From the NCBI GenBank assembly GCA_041663185.1, contig JBAZQY010000002.1, positions 74,629 through 138,628 of the forward strand: 64,000 bases of DNA, written 5' to 3'. This document shows, piece by piece, positions 32,507 through 42,750 of the stretch; within the stretch, counting starts at the first letter, position 1, and every line of letters starts with the position of its first letter. The notes beneath the pieces were generated by a model. The model ran no database searches. It had not been told where the DNA came from and was given only the letters and a program-made list of their open reading frames with translations. Source of the DNA: Minisyncoccota bacterium. Its GTDB lineage: Bacteria; Patescibacteriota; Minisyncoccia; Phycocordibacterales; UBA9973. The translations under genes were made by a program, and so were the position numbers.

Positions 32507-34108
32507 ATGACTCAAAAGGAAGCACTTTCGATTTTAAAAACTGGTGCAAATGTTTTTCTGACAGGAGAACCTGGAGCCGGGAAAACTTACACGATAAATG
32601 AATATGTAAAATATTTGCGTGATGCTGGTGTTGAAGTAGCCATTACGGCTTCGACGGGAATTGCCGCGACTCATATTGGCGGAATGACGATTCACTCATG
32701 GAGTGGGATTGGTATAAAAAGAAAACTTGATAAATATGATTTAGATAAACTTGGAAGTAATGAATATGTCGTTAAAAGAATTAACCGAGCCAAAGTACTT
32801 GTCATTGATGAAGTTTCAATGCTCTCGGCTGTGACTTTGTCGATGGTGGATGCAGTTTGTCGAGAAGTCAGGCGAAGTTCTGAGGCTTTTGGTGGTTTGC
32901 AAGTAATATTTGTTGGAGATTTTTTTCAATTACCACCAATAATAAAAAAAATGGTTGATGAGGAAATACAAATCGATGAAGATTTACAGATGACAATGAT
33001 GCCCGAAGGTAAAGAGCAAATATTTGCGTATGATTCGCAAGCGTGGCAAAGGGCAAGGCCGGTAGTTTGCTATATTAGTGAACAGTATCGTCAGGACGAC
33101 GAAGATTTTTTATCAATTCTCTCAGCAATCAGAAAAAATGATTTTCAAGATAAGCATTTAAAGAAAATTGAATCGCGGGTGGTTGATGAATTGAATTTCC
33201 CTAAAAATGTACCAAAACTTTTTTCGCATAATGTGAATGTCGATTTTGTAAATACTGAAACTCTTTCTAAGATTGACAATCCAACAGTTGTTTTTGAAAT
33301 GACTTCGAAAGGCCCAGATGCGCTTGTAAATATTTTAAAAAAGGGATGCCTATCGCCAGAAACTTTGTCTTTAAAAGTCGGAGCAGAAGTGATGTTTACA
33401 AAAAATAATCAAAAAGAAGGATTTGTAAATGGAACACTTGGAGAAGTTGTTGATTTTAAAAATGGGACTGGTTACCCACTTGTCCAGACGAAAAAAGGAA
33501 AAACAATTTTAGTCGAGCCGATGGAGTGGAGTGTTGAAGAAAATGGAAAAATTAAAGCCAAGATTATACAAATGCCACTACGGCTGGCTTGGGCAATAAC
33601 TGTCCACAAAAGCCAAGGGATGAGTATGGACTCGGCCTTGATGGATTTATCTGAAGTATTTGAATATGGCCAGGGATATGTGGCTCTTTCGCGAGTTAGA
33701 CGCTTGTCGGGGCTTCACATTATTGGATTAAATGAGAAAGCTTTCAAGGTTCATCCTGATGTTCTATCGAAAGATAAAATATTTAAAGAAGAATCATCTG
33801 AAGCCGAAAAAGCTTTTGCTCAAATTCCACAAGATGAGATGTCAACAATGCATGATAATTTTATTTTTGCCTCAGGGGGAACTCCTCGGAAAAATATTCC
33901 AAGTAAAAATAAAGGTTCCAAACTAGAAGAAATTAGAAAAAAATACCCAAATGCTTACAGGTCTTGGAGTAAAGAAGAAGATGATAAATTGCGGCATCTT
34001 TTTGTAAAAAAGATAAAAGCGCGAGATATCGCTCGTGAATTTGGGCGCAAAACCGGCGCAATCCATGCCCGATTAGAAAAACTTGGTTTAGAAGAAAAAA
34101 AGAAATAA
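32507..34108 (+). CDS. Pif1/RecD-like SF1 DNA helicase with a C-terminal HTH.
   Basis: GEPGAGKTY is the Walker A motif. ITASTGIAATHIGGMTIHSW, VIDEVSML (Walker B) and AITVHKSQGM (motif VI) follow. The C-terminus has DIAREFGRKTGAIHARL. Confidence 0.75.
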   Translation: MTQKEALSILKTGANVFLTGEPGAGKTYTINEYVKYLRDAGVEVAITASTGIAATHIGGMTIHSWSGIGIKRKLDKYDLDKLGSNEYVVKRINRAKVLVIDEVSMLSAVTLSMVDAVCREVRRSSEAFGGLQVIFVGDFFQLPPIIKKMVDEEIQIDEDLQMTMMPEGKEQIFAYDSQAWQRARPVVCYISEQYRQDDEDFLSILSAIRKNDFQDKHLKKIESRVVDELNFPKNVPKLFSHNVNVDFVNTETLSKIDNPTVVFEMTSKGPDALVNILKKGCLSPETLSLKVGAEVMFTKNNQKEGFVNGTLGEVVDFKNGTGYPLVQTKKGKTILVEPMEWSVEENGKIKAKIIQMPLRLAWAITVHKSQGMSMDSALMDLSEVFEYGQGYVALSRVRRLSGLHIIGLNEKAFKVHPDVLSKDKIFKEESSEAEKAFAQIPQDEMSTMHDNFIFASGGTPRKNIPSKNKGSKLEEIRKKYPNAYRSWSKEEDDKLRHLFVKKIKARDIAREFGRKTGAIHARLEKLGLEEKKK

Positions 34109-34111
34109 AAA

Positions 34112-35503
34112 TTAAAATAGGGAAATAATTGCGGCGATAGCAGTAATGCTCATAAGTCCGATTGTCAGCCAGCCGACTATTTTTTGTGATTTTGAATTTT
34201 TATGGTAACCCATTATTTTTTCATTGCTACTGATATGGACAATAAAAATTAAAATTATCGGTGAAATGATACCATTTGTGATTGCTGAATAAATCAAAGC
34301 TTTGATTGGGTGAATACCAATAAAGTTTATAAGAATACCAATTAAAATTGAGATGATGATAATTGTGTAAAAAGCGCGAGCTTTTTTGAATCGACGATAC
34401 AATCCTTCTTTCCAGCCAAAACTTTCTGAAATTGCATACGATGTCGAGCTGGCCAGTACCGGGACGGCAAGCATACCAGTTCCAATAATACCAATTGCAA
34501 ATAAAACAGTAGCGAAGCTTCCGGCAAATGGCAGAAGGGCTAACGCGGCGTCACTGGCTGTGTCGATATCATGAACTCCATTTACAAAAAGTGTATTGGC
34601 ACAAACGGCGATAATGAAAAACATCACTAAGTTTGACAAGAACATTCCTGTCCAGATATCTCTTCTCATTTTTTTAATTTCTATTTTATTTGTTCCTCGT
34701 CGGGAATGAACAGTTGTTTTACCCTCGGCTATTTCTTCTTCAACTTCTTGTGACGTTTCCCAGAAGAAAAGATAAGGGGAAATTGTTGTCCCCAAGATTG
34801 CAGTAATTAGAAGTATTTGGCTTTTAGAAAAAGTGATATGGGGGATAAGACTATGATCGAGTAAATTACCCCAATCCATATGAATGATAAACCCAGTAAT
34901 AATGTATGAAAAAAGAGTAATTACTAACCATTTTAAATACCGGGCGTATTTTTTGTAAGGAATGATAACAGGCAAAGTTAAACACACTATTCCAATAGCA
35001 ATAATTAAAAAAGTGAAAGAGACACCAGGAGTGATTAATTGAAAAGCTGTCGCCATTGCTCCTAAATTAGCGCCGATATTAAAAATATTAGCAATCAGAA
35101 GAACGATAGTTACAAAATAAAGTAATTCTTTTTTATAAGAATGTTTGATATTAGCAGCCAGTCCGTTACCAGTCACAAGGGCGATACGGGCGCACATTTC
35201 TTGGACAGTTATAATTAAGGGAAGGGTCCAGACAGATAACCACAACAGATTTGGTCCAAACTGAGCTCCAGCTTGTGAGTAAGTGGCAATTCCCGAAGGG
35301 TCATCATCAGCAGCGCCAGTTATGATGCCCGGGCCTAATTTTTTGATATAGTCTTCTCCTTCTTCAAGAAGAGTTTCTTTTTTTATGGTAGAAGTGGCGC
35401 CAGAAACTTCTTTGACGAGGTCCTCGGACGAGGGAGGACGAGGGGCCAGACCATCGCCAAAGGAGTTTCTGGCGTCACTATTTTTATTTTCGGATGTATC
35501 CAT
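34112..35503 (-). CDS. mntH: NRAMP-family divalent metal (Mn2+/Fe2+) transporter MntH. It has an in-frame subfamily-C repeat in its N-terminal cytoplasmic tail.
   Basis: GPGIITGAADDDPSGIATYSQAGAQFG is the Nramp signature. It has 11-12 TM helices. The N-terminal tail ...GDGLAPRPPSSEDLVKEVSG is encoded by the repeat. Confidence 0.85.
   Translation of the reverse strand: MDTSENKNSDARNSFGDGLAPRPPSSEDLVKEVSGATSTIKKETLLEEGEDYIKKLGPGIITGAADDDPSGIATYSQAGAQFGPNLLWLSVWTLPLIITVQEMCARIALVTGNGLAANIKHSYKKELLYFVTIVLLIANIFNIGANLGAMATAFQLITPGVSFTFLIIAIGIVCLTLPVIIPYKKYARYLKWLVITLFSYIITGFIIHMDWGNLLDHSLIPHITFSKSQILLITAILGTTISPYLFFWETSQEVEEEIAEGKTTVHSRRGTNKIEIKKMRRDIWTGMFLSNLVMFFIIAVCANTLFVNGVHDIDTASDAALALLPFAGSFATVLFAIGIIGTGMLAVPVLASSTSYAISESFGWKEGLYRRFKKARAFYTIIIISILIGILINFIGIHPIKALIYSAITNGIISPIILIFIVHISSNEKIMGYHKNSKSQKIVGWLTIGLMSITAIAAIISLF
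35397..35473 (+). repeat. Structured repeat element, subfamily C, copy C2. It lies inside the 5' end of the minus-strand mntH and is in-frame.
   Basis: The core gtcctcggacgagggaggacgaggggccagaccat is identical to C1. It is flanked by a 21-bp inverted repeat, cgccagaaacttctttgacga versus tcgccaaaggagtttctggcg. Confidence 0.8.
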
Positions 35504-35552
35504 ATTAAATATATTATACTATTTTTTTATAATTTGATACAATTATAAAAGT

Positions 35553-37058
35553 ATGGCTTTGAACAAACCTAACAAGATTCAGATAATTAAATATGCTCCT
35601 CCGCCTCCTGATCTGCCGACTCTTGGTAAATCAGATCCGAGCGAGGTAGTATTTATCGGACGCACCAACTACGTGGCGGCTCTCGAAGAGAAAAAATTTG
35701 TCTTTGGAATCAAGCGCATCGACCGTCGCCGTCATATGTACATTATTGGTAAGTCTGGAGTCGGTAAATCAAAACTTTTGGAATTAATGATTCGCCAAGA
35801 TATCGCCTATGGCCAAGGAGTCTGTGTGATTGACCCACACGGAGAGTTGATAGATGATATTTTAAACTTCATGCCGAAAGAAAGAATCGAAGATGTCTGT
35901 ATTATTGACCCAGGGGATATTGATTATCCATCATCATTTAATCCACTTTCAAATATTGATCCAGCCTTCAAACATCAACTCACTCAAGGGTTGATAGAAG
36001 TTTTGCGTAAACAATTCGGAGCAAACTGGACGCCACGTCTGGAGCACGTTTTTCGTTTTACAACTTTGGCGCTACTGGATTATCCTCACGCGACAATGCG
36101 TGGAATGATTTCGATGCTGACCGACCGTAACTATCGTCAAAAGGTTGTTGAGTATATCGAAGATGACATGGTCAAAAGATTCTGGGCAATTGAATTCGCC
36201 GACTGGTCTGAAAAGTTCGATACCGATGCTATTATTCCGCTTGTTAATAAATTAGGGCAGTTTCTTTCTGATCCAATGCTTCGAAACATTTTCGGACAAA
36301 AAGAAAATAAAATTGATTTGGAAAAATTGATGAATGAACAAAAAATTCTTTTGATTAATTTGTCTAAAGGAAAAATAGGGGAGGAGAATTCTTCTTTCTT
36401 TGGAGCAATGTTCTTGACCAAAATCAAACAAGCTGGAATGGCGCGAGCAAAACTTGAACCACAAGATAGACATGACTTTTATCTGTATGTCGACGAGTTC
36501 CATAATATTGTGACAGATACCTTCGAAAATATTCTCTCCGAAGCGCGTAAATATGGAATAAATCTTATCGTAGCACATCAATACGTCGGCCAACTTTTGC
36601 CAAAAGTTGAGCAAGCTGTTCTTGGAAATACTGGTTCGATTATTACATTCCGTGTGGGAGGTGATGATGCCGTCAAACTCAAATCTGACTTTGCACCGAT
36701 TTTTGAAGTTAAAGATATGATTAACTTAGGGGTTGGAGAATTTTTTATAAAAATGACAATTGATGGAGAAAGCTATGACCCATTCTCAGCCGAGACACTT
36801 CGAGTTCTGCCAGCGACTCATCCATCGTATCGCCAAGAGGCAATTGATGCATCTCGTCGCAAATACGCAATCTTGGCCGGCGAGGCCCAGAGATTGATTG
36901 CGGAAGAAGAAGCAACCATCATTCGTTCAGCACAAGAAAAAGCCGCAATTGTTGGAAATAAAAAGCCAGGAGAAGAAGACAAAGCAGAAGGAGAAGAAAA
37001 AACAAACACCAAAGGTGAATCTCCAAAAGAAGAAAAGGGCGGAGAACCACTAATATAA
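35553..37058 (+). CDS. TraD/VirD4/TrwB-like (type IV coupling protein-like) P-loop ATPase with an acidic, K/E-rich C-terminal tail.
   Basis: HMYIIGKSGVGKSKLLELMI is the Walker A motif. VIDPHGEL, YLYVDEFHN (Walker B) and AHQYVGQL follow. It is paralogous to the 43513 gene. Confidence 0.55.
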   Translation: MALNKPNKIQIIKYAPPPPDLPTLGKSDPSEVVFIGRTNYVAALEEKKFVFGIKRIDRRRHMYIIGKSGVGKSKLLELMIRQDIAYGQGVCVIDPHGELIDDILNFMPKERIEDVCIIDPGDIDYPSSFNPLSNIDPAFKHQLTQGLIEVLRKQFGANWTPRLEHVFRFTTLALLDYPHATMRGMISMLTDRNYRQKVVEYIEDDMVKRFWAIEFADWSEKFDTDAIIPLVNKLGQFLSDPMLRNIFGQKENKIDLEKLMNEQKILLINLSKGKIGEENSSFFGAMFLTKIKQAGMARAKLEPQDRHDFYLYVDEFHNIVTDTFENILSEARKYGINLIVAHQYVGQLLPKVEQAVLGNTGSIITFRVGGDDAVKLKSDFAPIFEVKDMINLGVGEFFIKMTIDGESYDPFSAETLRVLPATHPSYRQEAIDASRRKYAILAGEAQRLIAEEEATIIRSAQEKAAIVGNKKPGEEDKAEGEEKTNTKGESPKEEKGGEPLI

Positions 37059-37078
37059 TTACGAATTATAATTAAAAT

Positions 37079-37546
37079 ATGAAAAAAATATATAAACACA
37101 TTATTCTCGTTCTCAACTTAATTTTAGTAGGATCTCTTGTTTTTTTCTTATTTGGTGAGGATAAGGATACTTTACCGCGTTCTTTCGTTATGGAATTTCG
37201 TAATAATTCTACCAGCTCAGGAGCTAATCGTATTCATCATGGAGGACTCACTTTTATAAACAATAAATTGATAAATGGTTATCAGTATTATAATCTTGCA
37301 GTAAACCCATCGGCCTGCCCAGACCAAAAAAGTTGCGGTAAAGATATTGCTTGTGTGATAAAAGAAAATAAATGGGTAAGTACTATTGACGGCGATAAAT
37401 GCGAAATATATTGGTTTACGGTGATATCAAAGAAAGAGCTTGAACAAAAAATAGGAGAAATTAAACAAAACTCATCCCTGTTTAAAAAGACTGATAATAT
37501 ATATAATTGTCATTATGATACTTGTTATAAAATAACTAAATTATAA
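37079..37546 (+). CDS. Hypothetical exported protein (N-terminal TM/signal, Cys-containing).
   Basis: The ORF has a hydrophobic N-terminus. There is no family. Confidence 0.3.
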   Translation: MKKIYKHIILVLNLILVGSLVFFLFGEDKDTLPRSFVMEFRNNSTSSGANRIHHGGLTFINNKLINGYQYYNLAVNPSACPDQKSCGKDIACVIKENKWVSTIDGDKCEIYWFTVISKKELEQKIGEIKQNSSLFKKTDNIYNCHYDTCYKITKL

Positions 37547-37594
37547 TTCTAATACATTACTTAACACTATCGAGCAAATGATGTAAATAAAAAA

Positions 37595-38002
37595 ATGGAG
37601 AATAATAAAAATGTATTAGAAGTAAAGAGAAAATACAATAAATTAGCAATAATCAGCTTTGTTTCTTCTTTGGTTTCTTTTTTAATCTTGTTAATAATAA
37701 CCCTTGATGTCTCTAATTTATTCTTTAGAGAACTTCCTTTTGCTCAATTTTTGTCTTTTAGAGAACTTCCTTTTGTTCGATTCTTGTCTTTTCTTACTGG
37801 TTATTTGGGTGTCTTTTTCTTCAATTTAGTTCCAATATGTTTTATAATAGGCGGGATAGGGGGCATGATAACAATCAGAGAAATTAAGTATTCTCGTGAA
37901 AAAGGAAAAGGTTTAGCTATTAGTGCAATATTTTTAGCAATACTTAGTATATTTATGTTTTTGCATGGTTTATATGCAATTGTGACTGTTTTTCGCGACT
38001 GA
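37595..38002 (+). CDS. Hypothetical membrane protein containing a 33-bp tandem duplication (RELPFAQFLSF / RELPFVRFLSF).
   Basis: The ORF has 3 TM helices. The tandem DNA repeat is at 37727-37792. Confidence 0.3.
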   Translation: MENNKNVLEVKRKYNKLAIISFVSSLVSFLILLIITLDVSNLFFRELPFAQFLSFRELPFVRFLSFLTGYLGVFFFNLVPICFIIGGIGGMITIREIKYSREKGKGLAISAIFLAILSIFMFLHGLYAIVTVFRD

Positions 38003-38091
38003 TTATCAAATAATGTTATAATTAAAAATTTAAATTGTCATATTAATACATTTTTTATATGCTATAGCACACAGAAAATGTAAATAAAAAT

Positions 38092-38514
38092 ATGGAAAAA
38101 ATTTGTGAACATTATATAATATATAAACTAATGATGTTCTCAAATATCTTTCTTGCTTTACCTGTAATCTTTGCAGGAATTTATCAAGAGTGGCTTTATT
38201 GCTTTTTAGCAAGTGGACTTTTAATTTTCTCTCCACTATACCATTGGTATAGAATTTCTAAACCTTCTTCTTTGTATTTTCGCTTATTCAAAAAATTAGA
38301 TTGGTCTTTTGCAGTGGGTGCCTTTATTTATATGTATTACTATGCCTATCAAAACATAGTAGGGTATAATCAAATTATTTTTTATGCATTACTTTCTCTC
38401 GTTTTGATATTTTTCTGGTATGGATATAAAAAGAATGATTATGAAAAATGGCATCCTTGGTTTCATATCATTGCCCCTATAATTTCATCAGCAATTCTTA
38501 TTGTTGCTAATTAA
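38092..38514 (+). CDS. Hypothetical multi-TM membrane protein.
   Basis: The ORF has 4 hydrophobic helices. Confidence 0.3.
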   Translation: MEKICEHYIIYKLMMFSNIFLALPVIFAGIYQEWLYCFLASGLLIFSPLYHWYRISKPSSLYFRLFKKLDWSFAVGAFIYMYYYAYQNIVGYNQIIFYALLSLVLIFFWYGYKKNDYEKWHPWFHIIAPIISSAILIVAN

Positions 38515-38668
38515 AGTTATTCGAACATCGTCCCAAGTTCGCCAGCCTGTAAAAGCTATGCTTTGGCATTTGCGGGTAGGTTTAATAGAAGTTCGAACCT
38601 GATTGATATTTTTTTTGAAAAGGAGTAAGGTAAAGAAAAAGTATTATAAACAACAAAAATTGAATACT

Positions 38669-39034
38669 ATGGTCACACTCGAAACCCCTATTGAAGAATT
38701 GGTTGAACGTTATACAAAAGATATATTGTATGATTGTCACTCAGTTGAAGCACGGATAGATCGCTCGCCAGCGAGAGTTTGTCTTCAATTAAAAGGGAAA
38801 GAAGCCCTTGATTACATTGCCAAGGAAATGGAATCCTTGTTCTCCTCAGGAGAGATTGATTATGATCTCTTTATGGCATACGTCAGACTAATTTGTGGGA
38901 TTATTGAAGAACACAATTTACCAGAAGCCCCATATCTTCCAAATGTGAAATATGGGAATCAAAATCCATTAATTTGGATTAATTATTGTAAAGCAAATGG
39001 TTGTTTAATCAACCCCCCCACGATGATCTGTTGA
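38669..39034 (+). CDS. Hypothetical protein.
   Basis: The ORF start is placed at the internal ATG, which has better context. There is no family. Confidence 0.25.
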   Translation: MVTLETPIEELVERYTKDILYDCHSVEARIDRSPARVCLQLKGKEALDYIAKEMESLFSSGEIDYDLFMAYVRLICGIIEEHNLPEAPYLPNVKYGNQNPLIWINYCKANGCLINPPTMIC

Positions 39035-39287
39035 TGGTAAATTTGGAGGGGATTGGAGATACTACATTTTCCAAACAAGATTTTTCGAAAGCAAAAGAGA
39101 CTTACGTCCCGTCTGATCCCGATTGTCAGACATGTTGATTTTATCTGGTATTTCAAAAAACTAGGCTGTTTGACTACTATTTTCAAACAGCTTTTTTTAT
39201 TTATCACTCATAATATACCTAGACCGATAATCAAATAATGTTATAATTAAATAGTAAAGGTCGTAGTTTAATTTACCTCTATATTTT

Positions 39288-39593
39288 ATGGTATTTATAT
39301 ATACAACATGTAAAAATATGGATGAGGCAAAAGGGCTCGGGGAATTAATTATCGAAAAAAAGATTGGTGCCTGTGTGGATTTCTGGCCAATTTCGTCTTG
39401 TTATAATTGGCAGGGTTCTATGACATGTGTCTCGCAAGCGATGCTTTTGATAACTACTTTTGAAGCAAAATTGGAAGAAGTTAATCAGATTATTTCCGAG
39501 CACCATACTTATAGTACCCCTCTTATTGCCGGAGTAGATGTCCGTCGAATTAATCACCCTTATAAAGAATGGATGATGGAAGTTATTGAATAA
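39288..39593 (+). CDS. cutA: Divalent-cation tolerance protein CutA.
   Basis: IGACVDFWPISSCYNWQGSM...HHTYSTPLIAGVDV...YKEWMMEV matches the CutA1 motifs (AC.n..p.sS.Y.W.G.i; HpYe.P). Confidence 0.7.
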   Translation: MVFIYTTCKNMDEAKGLGELIIEKKIGACVDFWPISSCYNWQGSMTCVSQAMLLITTFEAKLEEVNQIISEHHTYSTPLIAGVDVRRINHPYKEWMMEVIE

Positions 39594-39596
39594 ATT

Positions 39597-40016
39597 ATGT
39601 CAAACAAAACTGTCGCAATTTTCGGCGTTTTTGATGGTGTGCACGAAGGCCATTTATTTTTTATAAAAGAAGCAAAAAAGCAGGGGAATCATCTTGTGGC
39701 AATTGTGGCGCGCGATAATATTGTAAAAGAATTGAAAGGGAAGTCACCTCGATATACTGAAGCCCAAAGAGTGAATGAACTTTTAAAAATTGAGGATATA
39801 GATTTAGTTTTGCTTGGAGACCCTAAGTTAGAAACATACCACGTCTTAAAAGAAGTTAATCCAAATATTATTTATCTTGGCTACGACCAAGAAGATTTAT
39901 TAGAGAATTTAAATAAAGTAGTAAAAAATGGAGATTTATCAGAGGTTGAAATTGTCTGCGGAGAATCGTACAATCCAGAAATTTTTCATTCTTCAATTTT
40001 GAATAAGAATAAGTAG
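39597..40016 (+). CDS. Cytidylyltransferase-like nucleotidyltransferase (HxGH family, for example FAD synthase / RibL-like).
   Basis: VAIFGVFDGVHEGHLFFIKEA is the (T/H)xGH nucleotidyltransferase motif. It is 139 aa. Confidence 0.55.
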   Translation: MSNKTVAIFGVFDGVHEGHLFFIKEAKKQGNHLVAIVARDNIVKELKGKSPRYTEAQRVNELLKIEDIDLVLLGDPKLETYHVLKEVNPNIIYLGYDQEDLLENLNKVVKNGDLSEVEIVCGESYNPEIFHSSILNKNK

Positions 40017-40126
40017 TATGGAAAATTAATTAAGAATTAATAATTACGAATTAAGAATTAGAATAAGTAGAAAATAGTAATTACCAACTCAAACCCATAG
40101 GATTGACTTGGTAAATAGAAAAAAAG

Positions 40127-41824
40127 ATGAAAGAAGAAACTAAACAATGTCAGAATTGTAAGAAAGAGTTCACGATTGAACCAGATGATTTTTCATTTTA
40201 CGAAAAAATTAAAGTTCCTCCACCGACTTGGTGTCCGGAATGCAGGATGATCAGACGTTTTAATTATAGGAATGAAAGTTTCTTGTTTCGAAGGAATGAT
40301 GCTCATTCGGGTAAAGAAATTTTTTCTGGATTTTCCCCTGAAGCAAAAGTGATTACATACGATAATAATTACTGGTTTGGTAATGAATGGGATCCATTAG
40401 AAAATGGATTTGATTATGATTTTTCTCGCCCGTTTTTTCAACAATTCGAAGAACTTACTTCGCGTGCTCCTTATCCAGCTCGTTCTAGTCTAAATATGAC
40501 GAATTCAGATTATTGTAATGAAATAAGTTATACGAAAAATAGTTACTTGTGTTTTAATAGTGACTATTTGGAAAATTGTGCATATTTAAGGAAGGTTAAT
40601 CGTTCGCAAGATTGCTTCGATTCTTATGAAGGGACTGAAAATGAACTTTGTTATGAGGATGTTATGGTAGATAAATGTTATAAAACATTTTTTTCTCTTG
40701 ATTGTGAAAGTTGTGTTGATGTTTGGTTCTCAAAAGGATTAAGGGGGTGTACTAATTGTTTTGGATGCGTAAATCTAATAAATAAAACTTATTACTATTT
40801 TAATGAGCAGTGTACAAGAGAAGAATATTTATCTAAGTTTAAAAATGAATTTTACGGCTCTTATAATTCTTTGCAGAATATTATAAAAAAAACAAGAGAA
40901 TTTTGGAACAAATTTCCAGTAAGGTATGTTCGAGGGCTTCGCGCCATCAATTCAACGGGTGAGCGTATTTTTGATTCAAGAAATGTGAAAAATAGTTATT
41001 CAGTTAGAAATTCCGAAAATTTAAAATTTTGTCAGGATATTCAATTAAAGGCTGCTAATTCATATGATCTCACTGTTTGGGGAGACGGAGCAGAAAATAT
41101 TTACGAATGCGTGACTTGTGGAATGGGTAGTTATAATTTAAAATTTTGTTTTAATTGTTGGCAAGAAGTTCAAAATTTGGAGTATTGTTCATATTGTATT
41201 GGTTCTAAAAATTGTTTTGGTTGTGCTGGTTTATACAAAAAGGAATATTGTATTTTAAATAAACAATACACAAAAGAAGAGTATAATGAATTAATTCCGA
41301 AAATAATAAACCAAATGAATGAAATGCCGTACGTAGATAAAGTTGGGCGAGTTTATAAATATGGCGAATTCTTTCCTTTTGAAATTTCACAAGTCGCTTA
41401 TAATGAAAGTATAGCTCAAGACTTTTTTCCTCTGGACTCAAAAACTGCCCTAGAAAATGGTTATATATGGTGGGATATAAATAGACGTGAATATAAAACT
41501 ACAATTGATGCTATTAGTTTACCAGACGATATTAAAAGCACAGACGAAGATATTACTTACGAAATTATAAAATGTAAAAATTGTAGTAAGGCATACAAAA
41601 TTGTAAAAATGGAACTACAGTTTTATCAACGTTTTCTTTTGCCCTTACCACGTATGTGTCAGGACTGTCGTTTTACAGAGCGTTTTAAATTAGTAAATCC
41701 TCCAAAACTTTGGCACAGGAAATGTATGAAAGAAGGTTGTCAAAATGAATTCGAGACATCATATGCTCCCGACCGACCGGAAATAGTATATTGTGAAAAA
41801 TGTTATCAGCAGGAAGTGTATTAG
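40127..41824 (+). CDS. Large Cys-rich protein with similar zinc-ribbon modules at both termini and internal Cys repeats; hypothetical.
   Basis: It has about 60 Cys. The N-terminal FYEKIKVPPPTWCPECR resembles the C-terminal FYQRFLLPLPRMCQDCR. The repeated C..C..Y patterns are unassigned. Confidence 0.4.
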   Translation: MKEETKQCQNCKKEFTIEPDDFSFYEKIKVPPPTWCPECRMIRRFNYRNESFLFRRNDAHSGKEIFSGFSPEAKVITYDNNYWFGNEWDPLENGFDYDFSRPFFQQFEELTSRAPYPARSSLNMTNSDYCNEISYTKNSYLCFNSDYLENCAYLRKVNRSQDCFDSYEGTENELCYEDVMVDKCYKTFFSLDCESCVDVWFSKGLRGCTNCFGCVNLINKTYYYFNEQCTREEYLSKFKNEFYGSYNSLQNIIKKTREFWNKFPVRYVRGLRAINSTGERIFDSRNVKNSYSVRNSENLKFCQDIQLKAANSYDLTVWGDGAENIYECVTCGMGSYNLKFCFNCWQEVQNLEYCSYCIGSKNCFGCAGLYKKEYCILNKQYTKEEYNELIPKIINQMNEMPYVDKVGRVYKYGEFFPFEISQVAYNESIAQDFFPLDSKTALENGYIWWDINRREYKTTIDAISLPDDIKSTDEDITYEIIKCKNCSKAYKIVKMELQFYQRFLLPLPRMCQDCRFTERFKLVNPPKLWHRKCMKEGCQNEFETSYAPDRPEIVYCEKCYQQEVY

Positions 41825-42041
41825 ATTGGCATATAACCATTTCTGACGATCGTCTGAAAAGGTTAAAAGTTACAGTAAAGATGAGATTAGTTAAAGGTCA
41901 TCTTTGACCCTAGGCTTATTTGACTAAATAAGTAATTAATGCTATTTTGTAAATAAAGATGGTTTCTTGATAATGGTTTTATTGGTGACCACAGAAGATA
42001 TAAAGTTGTCTTTTATGGTCACTAATTAAAACCAAAAAATC

Positions 42042-42449
42042 ATGAAAAAAATAATAATTATCGAGGACGATCCAATTGTCGTTTCGAATATCGAAAAAGC
42101 GTTTAAGGAAAAAACTGATACAGAAATTATTTCTTTTTATCCAAGCATTTCGACGTATCCTTGCGAGGAAGAAGTTCGTAACCAACTTAAAAAGGTTTGC
42201 CAGGAGAATATTTTTGACTTTGCCTTACTTGATTATGGACTATGGAACAAACTAACGGGGGTGATTTTTGTTGATATATTAAAAAATACCCAGATTCCAT
42301 TTGTTACTTTTTCAAGTTATGATGAGCACAATGATGAACTTATGGAGCTAGGTGCTATTTATGAAATAAATAAAAAATCGCTTTTCCGGTTTGGTCTTGA
42401 TAGAAAAAGACTATTTAGTGAAATAGAAAAAATTTATTCCTTAATTTAA
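42042..42449 (+). CDS. Stand-alone CheY-like receiver-domain protein (atypical).
   Basis: IIIIEDDP...ALLDYGLW fits the REC fold pattern. This is low certainty. Confidence 0.35.
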   Translation: MKKIIIIEDDPIVVSNIEKAFKEKTDTEIISFYPSISTYPCEEEVRNQLKKVCQENIFDFALLDYGLWNKLTGVIFVDILKNTQIPFVTFSSYDEHNDELMELGAIYEINKKSLFRFGLDRKRLFSEIEKIYSLI

Positions 42450-42455
42450 GGAACT

Positions 42456-42480
42456 GTGGCCAGTGTTTTACACTGGCCAC
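42456..42480 (+). terminator. Intrinsic terminator after the receiver gene.
   Basis: gtggccagtg-tttta-cactggccac is followed by tttgaatatttt. Confidence 0.6.
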
Positions 42481-42581
42481 TTTGAATATTTTATACCTTA
42501 CTAGCTAAAATTCACTATTAGATGCTATAAGTAGAAGATTTTAAGGAAGTGAATAATAGACAGGAAGTGTATTAAAATTAT

Positions 42582-42621
42582 CAGTGGTAAAAAATCCACG
42601 GCCGTGGATTTTTTACCACTG
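42582..42621. repeat. Perfect 40-bp palindrome (cagtggtaaaaaatccacgg|ccgtggattttttaccactg).
   Basis: It is a 20-bp perfect inverted repeat with no loop. It is intergenic. Confidence 0.6.
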
Positions 42622-42750
42622 AAAAGTAAATGAGTAAGGCAAGACCTTGCTCACTCGAAAATTATGGAATACAAATTATTTAAAATCCCTATCGTAATCC
42701 CTAGTCATTTCCCTAGGGATTATTAATTTTATAAAAATAAAAACCCTGGC

